Below, one piece after another: positions 19,670 to 30,545 of a stretch of 64,000 nt of DNA. The DNA is taken from NCBI GenBank assembly GCA_965541615.1, contig CBEUCJ010000002.1, positions 95,795-159,794 of the forward strand, read 5' to 3'. Made by a program: the position numbers and the translations under genes. The first letter of the stretch is position 1. Every line of letters starts with the position of its first letter. The DNA comes from an uncultured bacterium (GTDB lineage: Bacteria > Omnitrophota > Gorgyraeia > Duberdicusellales > CBEUCJ01). The notes under the pieces are model-generated. The model saw nothing but the letters and a program-made list of their open reading frames with translations. It searched no databases and had not been told where the DNA came from.

Positions 19670-22286
19670 TTTAATAAGAGAAAGATTCTTAAAATTCTTT
19701 GAAGAAAAAGGACATAAAGTTTTTAGTTCTGATACTCTTATTCCCCAATCGGACCCCACAGTTTTATTTACTTCTGCAGGCATGAACCAATTTAAAGATT
19801 ATTTTTTGGGGATCAAAAAGGATGTAAAAAGAGCCTGCTCTTGTCAAAAGTGTTTACGCACAGATGATTTAGAAAAAGTAGGAAAGACCCCTTTTCATCA
19901 TACATTTTTTGAAATGTTAGGAAATTTTTCTTTTGGAGATTATTTTAAAAAAGAAGCTATATTATGGGCATGGGAATTTGTAACTAAGGTTTTAGATTTA
20001 CCTACAGATAGATTATGGGTTTCTGTGTATTTAGAAGACGAAGAGTCTTATCAAATATGGAGAAAATTAATAGGAATCCCTAAAGAAAGAATAGTTAAGT
20101 TAGGAGCAGACAAAAACTTTTGGCCAGCATCAGCTCCCTTAAAAGGACCTAATGGTCCATGTGGACCATGTTCAGAGATATTTTTTGATAGAGGTAATCA
20201 ATTTGGTTGCAGAAGACCAGATTGTAGTCCAGCTTGTGATTGTTCAAGATTTGTAGAAGTATGGAATCTGGTCTTTACTCAGTTTAACAGAGTAGATGTG
20301 AATAAGTTAGAACCTTTACCTCAAAAAAACATAGATACAGGTATGGGTTTAGAAAGAATAGCTTGTGTATTGCAACAGAAAAACACGAATTTTGAGATAG
20401 ATATTATAAAGCCCATAGTAGATTTTGTGAGAGAAAAAACTCATCCTCAATATATAAATCCTTATTATACAAATGCTATTGCGGATCACTTGAGAGCCGT
20501 CACTTTTGCAATAGCTGATGGAGTTTTACCTTCCAATGAAGAGAGAGGATATGTTATAAGAAAACTTATCAGAAGAGCTTCTTTCTTTGGGTTTTTAATG
20601 AAAATATATGAACCCTATCTTTATAAAGGAGTATTTTTAGTTTCAAAACTTATGGGAGGAGTCTACAAAGAAATAAAGGAAAAACAAGAAGTTATTTCTC
20701 AAATAGTAAAAAATGAAGAAGAGAAATTCTTAAAAAATTTAGAAAAAGGATACCAAATCTTAGAAGATCTCTATAGAAAAATAAAAGACAAATCTTTATC
20801 TTTAATAAGAGCAGAAGATTGTTTTAAACTTTATGATACTTATGGATTGCCAATAGAAGTTATCAAAGACTTTGCTGATTCTAAAGGTGTAGAAATAGAT
20901 ATCAAAGGATTTGAAAACCTACTTCAAAAGTATAGAGAAGAGACGAGGAAAAAAAGTAAGTTTTCTAAAGAAATATTTAGTTTTGAAAAGTCTGAACTTC
21001 CTAAAACCGAATTTAAAGGTTACCAAACTTTACGTACAGATTCTGTAATCTTAAAAATTATAAAAGATAATGCACAGATAGATACATTAAAAGAAGGAGA
21101 ATATGCAGAGATAATTTTGGATTTGACTCCTTTCTATGCTGAAAGAGGTGGTCAAATACCTGATAAAGGAGTTATAAAAAAGATAGTAGAAGAAAATACT
21201 GTTAGTTTATTCCAGGTAAAAGATGTTCAGTATGAAGGTGAAAGTATCTTACATAAAGGAATCCTTTTGAAAGGAGAATTAAAAGTAAATGATAAGGTCA
21301 AATGTTATGTTGATCAAGATAAAAGAGAAAGTATAAAAAGAGCTCACACTTGCACTCACATTTTGCAAGCAGTTTTAAGGAAAGTTTTAGGTAGTCACGT
21401 AAGACAACAAGGTTCTTTAGTCGCTGAAGATAGATTAAGATTCGATTTTAGTCATTTTAAAGCTTTATCTAAAGATGAATTAAAAACCATTGAAGAAGAA
21501 GTGAACAAAATAATATTAAAAGACTATCCTGTAAAAATAAGATACACTACCTTAGAACAAGCAAAAAAAGAAGGTGCTTTAAGTTTTTTTGAAGAGAAGT
21601 ATGCTGAAATAGTAAGATTGGTAGAGATAGAAAACATAAGTAAAGAACTATGTGGAGGCACTCATGTAGAATCTACAGGTAAAATAGGGTTATTTAAAAT
21701 TATTTCTGAAGAAAGCATTGCTTCTGGTGTTAGAAGGATTGAAGGAGTCTGTGGGATAAAGGCTTTAAAAGAGTACCAACAGCTTCAAGATTTTTTAGAT
21801 ACGATAAAGTTTTTACTAAAGACTTCATCTGAGAAGTTAGCACAAAAAATTCAAGAGTTACTCTCCAGAATAAAAGAGTATGAGAAAAAACAAAAAGATT
21901 TAGAGATTCAAATTTTTTCTTATAAAGCAAAGGATTTAATCTCTAAAGCTGAAAAGGTTCAAGATTATAAATTTTTGTTTTTAGAATTCCAAAATAAATC
22001 TCCTCAAATTTTAAGAAGTTATATGGATTTCTTAAGAAATAATTTTTCTGATTTAATAAGTGTTATTTATCTTAAAAATCCAGAAGGTGTAAATCTTTTT
22101 ATAGGGATAACTAAAGATTTGACTTCAAAATTGAAAGCAGATGAAATTGTGAAAAAAATATCTACATACATTGAAGGAAAAGGAGGTGGAAGAAAAGATT
22201 TTGCCCAAGCTGGGGGAAAAAAGATCTTAGAATCTGAAATTGTAAAAGAGAAAATAAAACAGGAAATTAAAAATGCGCTTTCTTAG
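19659..22286 (+). CDS. alaS: Alanine--tRNA ligase
   Basis: Class II core FTSAGMNQFK. Editing domain with the HTCTHIL...CGGTHV zinc motif. C-terminal DHHA1 domain. 875 aa. Confidence 0.97.
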   Translation: MKTDLIRERFLKFFEEKGHKVFSSDTLIPQSDPTVLFTSAGMNQFKDYFLGIKKDVKRACSCQKCLRTDDLEKVGKTPFHHTFFEMLGNFSFGDYFKKEAILWAWEFVTKVLDLPTDRLWVSVYLEDEESYQIWRKLIGIPKERIVKLGADKNFWPASAPLKGPNGPCGPCSEIFFDRGNQFGCRRPDCSPACDCSRFVEVWNLVFTQFNRVDVNKLEPLPQKNIDTGMGLERIACVLQQKNTNFEIDIIKPIVDFVREKTHPQYINPYYTNAIADHLRAVTFAIADGVLPSNEERGYVIRKLIRRASFFGFLMKIYEPYLYKGVFLVSKLMGGVYKEIKEKQEVISQIVKNEEEKFLKNLEKGYQILEDLYRKIKDKSLSLIRAEDCFKLYDTYGLPIEVIKDFADSKGVEIDIKGFENLLQKYREETRKKSKFSKEIFSFEKSELPKTEFKGYQTLRTDSVILKIIKDNAQIDTLKEGEYAEIILDLTPFYAERGGQIPDKGVIKKIVEENTVSLFQVKDVQYEGESILHKGILLKGELKVNDKVKCYVDQDKRESIKRAHTCTHILQAVLRKVLGSHVRQQGSLVAEDRLRFDFSHFKALSKDELKTIEEEVNKIILKDYPVKIRYTTLEQAKKEGALSFFEEKYAEIVRLVEIENISKELCGGTHVESTGKIGLFKIISEESIASGVRRIEGVCGIKALKEYQQLQDFLDTIKFLLKTSSEKLAQKIQELLSRIKEYEKKQKDLEIQIFSYKAKDLISKAEKVQDYKFLFLEFQNKSPQILRSYMDFLRNNFSDLISVIYLKNPEGVNLFIGITKDLTSKLKADEIVKKISTYIEGKGGGRKDFAQAGGKKILESEIVKEKIKQEIKNALS

Positions 22287-23520
22287 ATATACTAGCAAAG
22301 AATTTGAAAAAATCTGCCAAAGGAGATTCTTTATAAAGAAAAAAGTTTCTCAAACTGTAAGGCAGATATTAGAAGATGTAAGAAAATATGGTGATAAAGC
22401 TTTAATTTATTATACAAAAAAGTTTGATAAGGTAGTTTTAAAAGTAAAAGATTTAAAAGTAACTGAATCTGAAATTTCAGGTGCTTTTCAAAACATAGAT
22501 TCAGAATTTTTAGGATGTCTAAAGAAGATAATTCAACTTGTTAGTAATTTTTATAAAGTTCAACTTAAAAACTTTAAATTCAAGGTTAAAACAGAGCAAG
22601 GTTCTTTAATCCAAGAGAAGTTTTTTCCTTTAGAATCTGTGGGAATTTATGTTCCTTGTGGTCAAGCTCCTTTAATCTCTACTGTTTACATGACAGCTAT
22701 TCCTGCTAACATAGCAGGAGTAAAAAGAATAGTTTTGGTTTCACCCCCTGATAAAAATGGAAAGATACATCCTTACATTTTAGTTGTGGCTTCTTTATTA
22801 AAAATAAAAGAGATCTATAAAGTAGGAGGAGCTCAAAGTATAGGAGCTTTAGCTTTTGGAACAAAGACTATAAAATCTGTGGATAAAATAATAGGACCAG
22901 GAGGAGTTTATGTAACAGAAGCAAAACGTCAAGTTTATGGATTTGTAGATATAGATATGTTAGCAGGACCTTCAGAGTTAGTAATTTTAGCTTCAGATGA
23001 AGTAAACTTTGAATGGGTAACTCAAGACTTAAAAGCACAAGCCGAACACATAAATGGAGAAGTCTTTTTGATTACAGATTCTAAAAAATTAGCAAATTAT
23101 GTAAAAAATAGAGTTAATACAGGTTTCATAATTATGGTGAGAGATTTAGAAGTAGGAGCAGATATAGTAAATAAACTTGCACCTGAGCATTTACAGATCA
23201 TGGTTAAGAATCCTAAGAAAATATTAAAATTGATAAGAAACTGTGGAGCTATTTTTGTTGGTGAATATTCGCCTACGGTCGTTGGTGATTACATAGCAGG
23301 TCCTTCACATGTTTTGCCTACATTTGGCACAGCAAGATTTTTTTCAGACTTGAATATATATCAATTTTTAAAAAGCCTTCATATTATAGAATACTCTAAA
23401 AAGGAGTTAGAAGAAAATAAAAGACTCATCGAAAAGATAGCCACTTTAGAAGGGATGGAAGAACACAAAAAAAGCATAGAAATAAGATTTTCTCATGAGA
23501 AAGATAAGTCTGCAGCGTAA
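22273..23520 (+). CDS. hisD: Histidinol dehydrogenase
   Basis: IDMLAGPSE, QAEH, and the NEWxTQDL-like zinc/NAD motifs. Confidence 0.95.
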   Translation: MRFLRYTSKEFEKICQRRFFIKKKVSQTVRQILEDVRKYGDKALIYYTKKFDKVVLKVKDLKVTESEISGAFQNIDSEFLGCLKKIIQLVSNFYKVQLKNFKFKVKTEQGSLIQEKFFPLESVGIYVPCGQAPLISTVYMTAIPANIAGVKRIVLVSPPDKNGKIHPYILVVASLLKIKEIYKVGGAQSIGALAFGTKTIKSVDKIIGPGGVYVTEAKRQVYGFVDIDMLAGPSELVILASDEVNFEWVTQDLKAQAEHINGEVFLITDSKKLANYVKNRVNTGFIIMVRDLEVGADIVNKLAPEHLQIMVKNPKKILKLIRNCGAIFVGEYSPTVVGDYIAGPSHVLPTFGTARFFSDLNIYQFLKSLHIIEYSKKELEENKRLIEKIATLEGMEEHKKSIEIRFSHEKDKSAA

Positions 23521-24088
23521 GACAAAAGAGACTTTAATTAAAATTAATCTGGTTATAGAAGGAAAGGGTAGATATAAAATCAGAACTACCAATCCTTTCT
23601 TTGACCATATGTTAGAGTTATTTAGTTTTTGGGGATCGTTTAACTTAAAGTTAGAAGCTCATCAATCTAAAGAGTTAGATTTTCATCATCTAAATGAAGA
23701 TATAGGAATAGCTTTAGGTCAAGCTTTTTTAAAGATCCTTAAAAAAGAAAAAAATATTAAAAGATATTCTTCTAAAATTATTCCTATGGATGGAAGTTTG
23801 GTTAGATTAGCTTTAGATATTAGTGGAAGACCTGGTATCTATCTGGATTTAGGAAAGGCAAAAAAGTTTTTTTTAAAGAACATTGAGAACTACAATTTAA
23901 ACCTTTTAAGACAATTCTTAAAAGCTTTTACAGATAACTTTAAGGTTACTTTACATGTAGATATATTGAAAGCAGATGATGCCCATCATGTAATAGAAGC
24001 TATTTTTAAAGGATTAGGACAAGTTTTAAAAGAAGCACTTTCGTGTGAATCTGGTAGAAAGCTACCTTCTACAAAAGGAAAATTATGA
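23495..24088 (+). CDS. hisB: Imidazoleglycerol-phosphate dehydratase
   Basis: Duplicated DxHHxxE-type motifs (DHMLE...; HHVIEAIFKGLG). 197 aa. Confidence 0.9.
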   Translation: MRKISLQRKTKETLIKINLVIEGKGRYKIRTTNPFFDHMLELFSFWGSFNLKLEAHQSKELDFHHLNEDIGIALGQAFLKILKKEKNIKRYSSKIIPMDGSLVRLALDISGRPGIYLDLGKAKKFFLKNIENYNLNLLRQFLKAFTDNFKVTLHVDILKADDAHHVIEAIFKGLGQVLKEALSCESGRKLPSTKGKL

Positions 24089-24678
24089 TAACACTGATAG
24101 ACTATGGAGCTGGAAATCTCTTTTCATTAAAGAATGCTTTCTGTAGTTTGGGATTTTTAGCTAAGACTACTCGTTCTAAAAGAGAAATAAGAAGAGCAAA
24201 AGTTTTAGTTTTACCAGGGGTAGGTTCTTTCAAGAAGACTATAGAAAACTTAAAAAGTTTTGGTATTTTAGAAGTTATATTAAAAGAAGTTTTGGAAAAG
24301 AAAAAACCTTTTTTAGGAATTTGTTTAGGCCTCCAGATTTTTTTTGAAGAAAGCCAAGAAGGAGATACTAAGGGTTTGGGTATTTTTAAAGGGAAGGTAA
24401 AAAGGTTTAGAGGAATAATAACCCCTCATATGGGATGGAATCAGGTTAAGATCTTAAAAGATAGTAAAATTTTTAGAGGGATAAAAGATGGTGAATTTTT
24501 TTATTTCTGCCATTCTTACTATGCACCTTTAACCCCTTTTACTGTAGGAGTAACCAATTATAAAGTTAATTTTTCTAGTATAATCCTAAAAGAAAACATT
24601 TTACTTACTCAGTTTCATCCAGAAAAAAGTCAAAAAGCAGGATTGAAATTTTTAAAAAATTTTTTAAAGATATGTTGA
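24085..24678 (+). CDS. hisH: Imidazole glycerol phosphate synthase, glutamine amidotransferase subunit
   Basis: Class I GATase: LVLPGVGSF, GICLGLQ (Cys nucleophile), and the FHPEKS region. Confidence 0.9.
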   Translation: MITLIDYGAGNLFSLKNAFCSLGFLAKTTRSKREIRRAKVLVLPGVGSFKKTIENLKSFGILEVILKEVLEKKKPFLGICLGLQIFFEESQEGDTKGLGIFKGKVKRFRGIITPHMGWNQVKILKDSKIFRGIKDGEFFYFCHSYYAPLTPFTVGVTNYKVNFSSIILKENILLTQFHPEKSQKAGLKFLKNFLKIC

Positions 24679-25382
24679 TAATTCCAGCTATAGATATTTT
24701 AGATAAAAAAGTAGTCAGACTTTATCAAGGAAGAAAAGATAGAATCTTTTTTTACTCAGCTTCACCTTTAGAAAAAATAAAAGAATTCAGTTCTTTGGGG
24801 ATAAAACTCGTGCATATAGTAGATTTAAATGGAGCCTTAGAAAACGCCCCTCAATTTTCACTATTAGAAGAAATATCCAAAAACATAGATATAGAATTTT
24901 TCTGGGCAGGAGGCTTAAGGACAAGAGAACGTATTTTAAAAGCCATAGACTTAGGTGCAAAGAAGGTGGTCGTTAGTTCTTTAATAAAAGACATTGAAAA
25001 ATTTGAAAAAATAATTCAAGGTTTACAGGATAAAATAATAGTTTCCTTAGATGTAAAAGAGGATAAGATTTATATAAAAGGATGGAAAGAAAGTTTAAAT
25101 GCAGATTTTAAAGATATAGTTCAAAAATTAAAGGATCTTGGGATAAAAGAGTTTATAATAACAGATATCGAAAAAGATGGCACTTTAAGTGGGTTAAATA
25201 TAGAAAAGTTCAAAAATTTATTAAAAGATCTTAAAGCACATTTTTATATTGCAGGAGGCATTACTAAAAAAGAAGATATATTAACATTAAAAGATGAATT
25301 AAAAAACTTAAAAGGAGTAATCATTGGAAGAGCTTTGTATGAAGGAAGATTAAATTTAAAAGACTTAATAAAGACATGTTAG
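24672..25382 (+). CDS. hisA: ProFAR isomerase
   Basis: (beta/alpha)8 enzyme [17 protein letters not shown]... with the C-terminal [11 protein letters not shown] motif. Confidence 0.9.
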   Translation: MLIIPAIDILDKKVVRLYQGRKDRIFFYSASPLEKIKEFSSLGIKLVHIVDLNGALENAPQFSLLEEISKNIDIEFFWAGGLRTRERILKAIDLGAKKVVVSSLIKDIEKFEKIIQGLQDKIIVSLDVKEDKIYIKGWKESLNADFKDIVQKLKDLGIKEFIITDIEKDGTLSGLNIEKFKNLLKDLKAHFYIAGGITKKEDILTLKDELKNLKGVIIGRALYEGRLNLKDLIKTC

Positions 25383-26146
25383 CAAAAAGAATTATTCCTT
25401 GTTTAGATGTAGACAAAGGTAGGGTAGTAAAAGGTGTAAAATTTAAAAATTTAAAAGATGCTGGTTCAGTAGTAAAAAATGCTCTATTTTATGATAAAGA
25501 AGGAGCAGATGAATTGGTATTTTTGGATATAACTGCCAGTTATGAAAAAAGAAAACCTATTATAGACGTTATAAGAATGTGTGCCGAGGTGGTCTTTATT
25601 CCTTTAACAGTAGGAGGTGGTATTAGAAGTTTAAAAGATATAAGAGCACTCTTAAAAGCAGGAGCAGATAAGGTTTCAGTTAACACTTATGCTGTTAAAA
25701 ATCCTGAGTTAATAAAAGAAGCTTCAGAGACTGTAGGGAGTCAATCTGTAGTAGTAGCTATAGATGCTAAAAAGAAGATTAAAAATAGAAAAATTATGTG
25801 GGAAGTATATATAAATGGAGGCAGAACTCCTACAGGATTAGATGCTTTAAAATGGGCAGAACGTGTTCAAAAATTAGGGGCAGGAGAAATTCTTTTGACT
25901 AGTATAGATTATGATGGTACAAAATCAGGTTTTGATATTCAACTTACTTCCAAGATTTCAAAGATTGTAGATATTCCAGTCATTGCTTCAGGAGGAGCAG
26001 GAGAACCTTCTCATTTTTTAGAAGTTTTCAAAAAAACAAGAGCTCAAGCTGCTTTAGCTGCTTCTATATTCCACTTTAGGCAATACACAATAAGAGAGGT
26101 AAAAGAGTTTTTAAAAGAAAGGGGGGTAAATGTCAGATTGGATTAA
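25376..26146 (+). CDS. hisF: Imidazole glycerol phosphate synthase, cyclase subunit
   Basis: [17 protein letters not shown]...[12 protein letters not shown]...PLTVGGGIR...VIASGGAG. Confidence 0.95.
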   Translation: MLAKRIIPCLDVDKGRVVKGVKFKNLKDAGSVVKNALFYDKEGADELVFLDITASYEKRKPIIDVIRMCAEVVFIPLTVGGGIRSLKDIRALLKAGADKVSVNTYAVKNPELIKEASETVGSQSVVVAIDAKKKIKNRKIMWEVYINGGRTPTGLDALKWAERVQKLGAGEILLTSIDYDGTKSGFDIQLTSKISKIVDIPVIASGGAGEPSHFLEVFKKTRAQAALAASIFHFRQYTIREVKEFLKERGVNVRLD

Positions 26147-26459
26147 AGAACTAAAATTTGATGAAAAAGGGCTAATCCCTGCTATAATTCAAGACTATAA
26201 GACAAACCAAGTTCTAATGTTAGCTTATATGAATAAAGAATCTTTAAAGAAGACTTTAGAACTTAAAAAAACTTGCTTTTGGTCAAGATCAAGAAAAAAA
26301 CTTTGGGTAAAGGGTGAGACTTCTGGAAATTTTCAATTTGTAAAAGAGATTTATTATGATTGTGATAAAGATGCTTTGTTAATAAAAGTGGAGCAGGTAG
26401 GTCCTGCTTGTCATACAAAAAATAAGAGTTGCTTTTTTACAAAAGTTTATGAAGCTTGA
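26130..26459 (+). CDS. hisI: Phosphoribosyl-AMP cyclohydrolase (stand-alone, no HisE domain)
   Basis: [26 protein letters not shown]...[19 protein letters not shown]. 109 aa. Confidence 0.85.
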   Translation: MSDWIKELKFDEKGLIPAIIQDYKTNQVLMLAYMNKESLKKTLELKKTCFWSRSRKKLWVKGETSGNFQFVKEIYYDCDKDALLIKVEQVGPACHTKNKSCFFTKVYEA

Positions 26460-27855
26460 TTTAAAGATAAAAGAGATCTCTGAAGATGTTATTAATCCTG
26501 TAAACCTTTATGATATTTTAAGAAGTTCTGAATACAGCTTTTTATTAGAATCTGCTGAAGGTCAAGAGAAAATAGGCAGGTTTTCAATCTTAGGGTACAA
26601 GCCTTTATATATATTTAGATTAAAAAAAAGGACATGCATTTTAGATAAATTATTTTTTAAAAAAGAGAGAAAAATTTTCACAATTTCAGACCCCTTTCTT
26701 CCATTAAGAGAAATCCTTGGTAAGTTTTCTTTAAAAGCAGATACTATAAAAGAGCTTCCATTTATAGGTGGTTGGGTAGGATTTATAGGATATGAGGTAG
26801 TCAATTTTTTTGAACCAGTAAAACCTGCTCCATTAGATATTCTGAATTTTTTTGACATTTTTTTAATTTTTCCTAAAATTATATTTATTTTTGATCATTT
26901 TAAAAGAAGACTTTTCTTAATAAATGTTTTGGGAAATACAGGTGAGTTGAAAAGTATCTTAAAGAAAATTGAGAAGAAGTCTAGTTTAAAACCAGTTAAT
27001 TTAGAAAAGAAAAAAAATCTGAAATTTGTTTCTAATTTTAGAAAAGCAGAATTTTTAGAAATAGTTAAAAAAGCTAAGAAAATGATAACAGAAGGTGAAA
27101 TTATTCAAGTAGTATTATCTCAAATATTTAAATGTAAAGCTCAAATAGATCCATTTATAACTTACAGAATCTTAAGAATACTAAATCCTTCTCCTTATAT
27201 GTTCTTTTTAAAATTCTCAGATCAGGTTCTCTTTGGATCTTCTCCTGAAATGCTAGTGAAAGTGAAAGATAAAAAAGTGTATACAAGACCAATCGCTGGT
27301 ACAAGACCTAGAGGTAGAGATGAAAAAGAGGAAGAGATTTTAGAGAAAGAGCTAATAAATTCTGAAAAAGAAAGAGCCGAACACATAATGCTTGTAGATT
27401 TAGGAAGAAATGATTTAGGAAGAGTTTCCAAACAAGGAAGTGTAAAAGTAGATGTTTTAATGAAAATAGAAAAGTACTCTCATGTCATGCATATTGTGAG
27501 CCAAGTTTCAGGAGAGTTAGATAAAAATAAAGACATTTTCGATGCTTTACAGAGTTGTTTTCCAGCAGGCACAGTGACTGGTGCTCCAAAAGTAAGAGCG
27601 ATGCAAATAATAAGTGAATTAGAAAAAGTCCAAAGAGGTCCTTATGCAGGATGTGTAGGATATTTTGATGTAAGGAATACTGCAGATACTTGCATAACAA
27701 TAAGGTCAGTTGTAAATAAAGGTAATTCTTTTTTTGTTCAAGCAGGAGCAGGTATTGTATATGATTCAGTTCCTTTAAAAGAACACTATGAGATTTTAAA
27801 AAAAGCTCAAGCTCAAATTTTAGCTTTGGAGATTGCTAAATCAAACAGGAGGTAA
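26449..27855 (+). CDS. Chorismate-utilising enzyme, anthranilate synthase component I / aminodeoxychorismate synthase family
   Basis: C-terminal chorismate-binding core: [45 protein letters not shown]. No trpG/pabA adjacent. Confidence 0.8.
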   Translation: MKLDLKIKEISEDVINPVNLYDILRSSEYSFLLESAEGQEKIGRFSILGYKPLYIFRLKKRTCILDKLFFKKERKIFTISDPFLPLREILGKFSLKADTIKELPFIGGWVGFIGYEVVNFFEPVKPAPLDILNFFDIFLIFPKIIFIFDHFKRRLFLINVLGNTGELKSILKKIEKKSSLKPVNLEKKKNLKFVSNFRKAEFLEIVKKAKKMITEGEIIQVVLSQIFKCKAQIDPFITYRILRILNPSPYMFFLKFSDQVLFGSSPEMLVKVKDKKVYTRPIAGTRPRGRDEKEEEILEKELINSEKERAEHIMLVDLGRNDLGRVSKQGSVKVDVLMKIEKYSHVMHIVSQVSGELDKNKDIFDALQSCFPAGTVTGAPKVRAMQIISELEKVQRGPYAGCVGYFDVRNTADTCITIRSVVNKGNSFFVQAGAGIVYDSVPLKEHYEILKKAQAQILALEIAKSNRR

Positions 27856-27860
27856 AAGAT

Positions 27861-28124
27861 ATGTTGAGGATAAGATTAAGAAAACCTGCTAAATGCATAA
27901 AACATAGGTACCATTTTAAAATAGTAGTAGCAGATGCCAGAGAATCTAGAGAAGGAAGATTTGTAGAAGAAGTAGGTTACTATGATCCTGCAAATGATCT
28001 TTTAAAGATGGATTTAGAAAAGATCCAAGATTGGATTAAAAAAGGAGCTCAACCTACAGAGACTGTGAAATCTTTAATTAAGAGGTATAAAAAGTTGTTA
28101 AAATCCAAAGAAAATGCAGACTGA
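27861..28124 (+). CDS. rpsP: 30S ribosomal protein S16
   Basis: MLRIRLRK...HFKIVVADARESREGRF.E.VGYYDP is canonical bS16. Confidence 0.9.
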   Translation: MLRIRLRKPAKCIKHRYHFKIVVADARESREGRFVEEVGYYDPANDLLKMDLEKIQDWIKKGAQPTETVKSLIKRYKKLLKSKENAD

Positions 28125-28383
28125 GCCTAATATACTTTTAAGTTTTTTACCTTTAATTTTTATATTTTTAATATTTTATTTTCTTTTAATAAGACCTCAA
28201 ATCCAAGAAAGAAAAAAACACCAAGCTATGATCTCTTCATTGAAGAAAAATGATAAGGTAGTTACAATTGGAGGCATTTATGGGGTAGTAGTAAATGTAA
28301 AAGAAAAAACAGTTATTTTAAGAGTATCAGACAACGTTAAGATAGAGGTAGATAAAAACTGTATCTCTCACAAAGTAGAATGA
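28114..28383 (+). CDS. yajC: Preprotein translocase subunit YajC
   Basis: Single TM followed by LIRPQIQERKKHQAMISSLKKNDKVVTIGGIYG. Confidence 0.8.
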   Translation: MQTEPNILLSFLPLIFIFLIFYFLLIRPQIQERKKHQAMISSLKKNDKVVTIGGIYGVVVNVKEKTVILRVSDNVKIEVDKNCISHKVE

Positions 28384-30545
28384 GAAATAGAGGTTTGTTA
28401 TTTAGATTTCTTGGTTGTATATTGTTTTTGAGTCTTTGCTTTTTTTCTTTCTGGCCTCCCGCAAAAAAAATAAATTTAGGTTTAGATTTAAAAGGAGGCA
28501 TGCACCTAATTTTAAAAGTAGATACCAAATCTCTTCCAAAAGAGAAAGTAAAAGAATCTGCTCAAATAGCTGCAGAGGTTTTAAGAAACAGAATAGATGC
28601 TTTTGGAGTAAAAGAGCCTGTGATTCAAACACAGGGTTCTCAAAGGATATTAATTCAACTCCCAGGTATAGTAGATAGAGAACGTGCTTTAAAGATCATA
28701 GGTCAGACTGCTTTATTAGAATTTAAGTTAGTCGAAGACTCTCCTCAAAAGATAGAAGCTGCTCTTAAAGGAAAGATACCTCAAGGTTGGGAATTAAAAG
28801 AATTTAAAGGAACAAAAGTCTTAATTAAAAAGGAGCCTGAAATTACAGGTAAGTATCTAAAAGATGCTAGAGTAAGAATTAATCCAGAGAGTTTCAATAT
28901 GTATGAAGTAACTTTAGAGTTTAACTCTCAAGGAGCTAAAAAGTTTTATGAGATAACAAAAAAGAATATAGGAAAAAGGTTAGCTATAGTCTTGGATGGA
29001 AAGATTAAATCTATGCCCGTAATTAGAGAAGAAATTCCTGGAGGCAAAGCTCAGATAACTGGTGACTTTACTTATCAAGAAGCTGAAGATTTAGCCATCG
29101 TTTTAAAAGCTGGAGCTTTGCCTTGCTCTTTAAAGATCGAAGAAGAAAGGACAGTAGGTCCTCTTTTAGGAAAAGATTCCATTACTGCAGGAATCAAAGC
29201 TTGTATATGGGGAGCAATATTAGTTTGTGGATACATGATATTTTATTACTGGATATTTGGATTACTCTCTATTTTGGGAATAATAAGTGTTTTAATAATT
29301 ATATTAGGAGGTTTGGGTTATTTTGGAGCTACTTTGACCTTGCCAGGAATAGCTGGAATAATTTTAACTTTGGGAATGTGCGTAGATGCAAATATTTTAA
29401 TTTTTGAAAGAATAAAAGAAGAAAGAAAACTCAAAAAATCTGTAGAGTTTTCTATTAAGAGTGGTTTTAGGAGAGCTTTAAAGACTATATTAGATGCTAA
29501 TATAACCACTTTAATAGCTGCTTTTTTCCTTTTCCAATTTGGTACAGGTCCTATAAAAGGATTTGCTTTAACTTTAAGTATTGGGATTTTAGCTACTCTT
29601 TTTACTGCTCTTATTTTTCTAAGAGTAATTTTAGAATTTTTAGTAGAAAACAGAATATTAAAAGAGGTTAGGATGTTAGATGTATTTAGCAATTTTAATA
29701 TAAATTTTTTAAAACATAGAAGAGTATTTTTGGCGCTATCTTCAATAATAATTTTGGCAGGTATTTTTTTATTTTTCAAAAAACAAAAAGAAATCTATGG
29801 CTTAGACTTTAGTGGTGGACAACTAATAGAATTAAAGTTTGAAAATATTCAAAATCCTTTAAAATTAAGAAAAATTTTAGATAGTGCTAATATAAAAGAT
29901 GTTAAGATTCAGCAGTATAAAGAATTTCCTCAAATAATAGCTTTGAAGGCTTCTGCAGATATTTTTAAAAAAGTTGTGAAAGTTTTTAATCTGAATTTAA
30001 AAGAGAAATTTCAAGTTCTTCGTATAGAAAAAGTAGGTCCTGTAGTTGGAAGGGAATTAAAAAAGAAGGCAATAAAAGCTATTATTTTTGCATTAGGAGG
30101 GATTTTAATTTATGTAGGTTTTAGATTTAAGCACTTTAGTTTTGGATTAGCAGGAGTCATAGCTCTTTTTCATGATGTATTTGTGACTTTAAGTGGTCTT
30201 CTTTTCACAAATAGACTTTTAGATCTTTTAATAATAACAGCTTTTTTAACTATAGCTGGATACTCAATAAATGATACTATAGTAGTCTATGATAGAATAA
30301 GAGAACTTATAATGCGTAGCAAAAAAGAACCTTTAATTTCAGTAATAAATAAAGCTATAAATCAAACTTTATCTAGAACCCTTAATACTTCTTTAACTAC
30401 TATTTTGGTAGTCTTATCTCTTTATTTATTTGGAGGAAGAGTCCTAAATGATTTTGCCTTCTCTTTACTCGTAGGGTTTGTTGCTGGCACTTACTCTTCA
30501 ATCTACATAGCCTCCTCCCTAGTTCTCTTTTTTGAAAAAAAATGA
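28380..30545 (+). CDS. secDF: Fused protein-export membrane protein SecDF
   Basis: SecD periplasmic P1 head and 6-TM region, followed without a stop by the SecF 6-TM region. 721 aa. Confidence 0.9.
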   Translation: MRNRGLLFRFLGCILFLSLCFFSFWPPAKKINLGLDLKGGMHLILKVDTKSLPKEKVKESAQIAAEVLRNRIDAFGVKEPVIQTQGSQRILIQLPGIVDRERALKIIGQTALLEFKLVEDSPQKIEAALKGKIPQGWELKEFKGTKVLIKKEPEITGKYLKDARVRINPESFNMYEVTLEFNSQGAKKFYEITKKNIGKRLAIVLDGKIKSMPVIREEIPGGKAQITGDFTYQEAEDLAIVLKAGALPCSLKIEEERTVGPLLGKDSITAGIKACIWGAILVCGYMIFYYWIFGLLSILGIISVLIIILGGLGYFGATLTLPGIAGIILTLGMCVDANILIFERIKEERKLKKSVEFSIKSGFRRALKTILDANITTLIAAFFLFQFGTGPIKGFALTLSIGILATLFTALIFLRVILEFLVENRILKEVRMLDVFSNFNINFLKHRRVFLALSSIIILAGIFLFFKKQKEIYGLDFSGGQLIELKFENIQNPLKLRKILDSANIKDVKIQQYKEFPQIIALKASADIFKKVVKVFNLNLKEKFQVLRIEKVGPVVGRELKKKAIKAIIFALGGILIYVGFRFKHFSFGLAGVIALFHDVFVTLSGLLFTNRLLDLLIITAFLTIAGYSINDTIVVYDRIRELIMRSKKEPLISVINKAINQTLSRTLNTSLTTILVVLSLYLFGGRVLNDFAFSLLVGFVAGTYSSIYIASSLVLFFEKK

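Noticed and set aside
28415-29407. Plus-strand alternative-frame ORFs inside secDF (28415-28678, 29123-29407) and inside HU antisense (42073-42255)
   Set aside because: They sit in out-of-frame overlap with strongly supported genes and have arginine/serine-rich nonsense composition.
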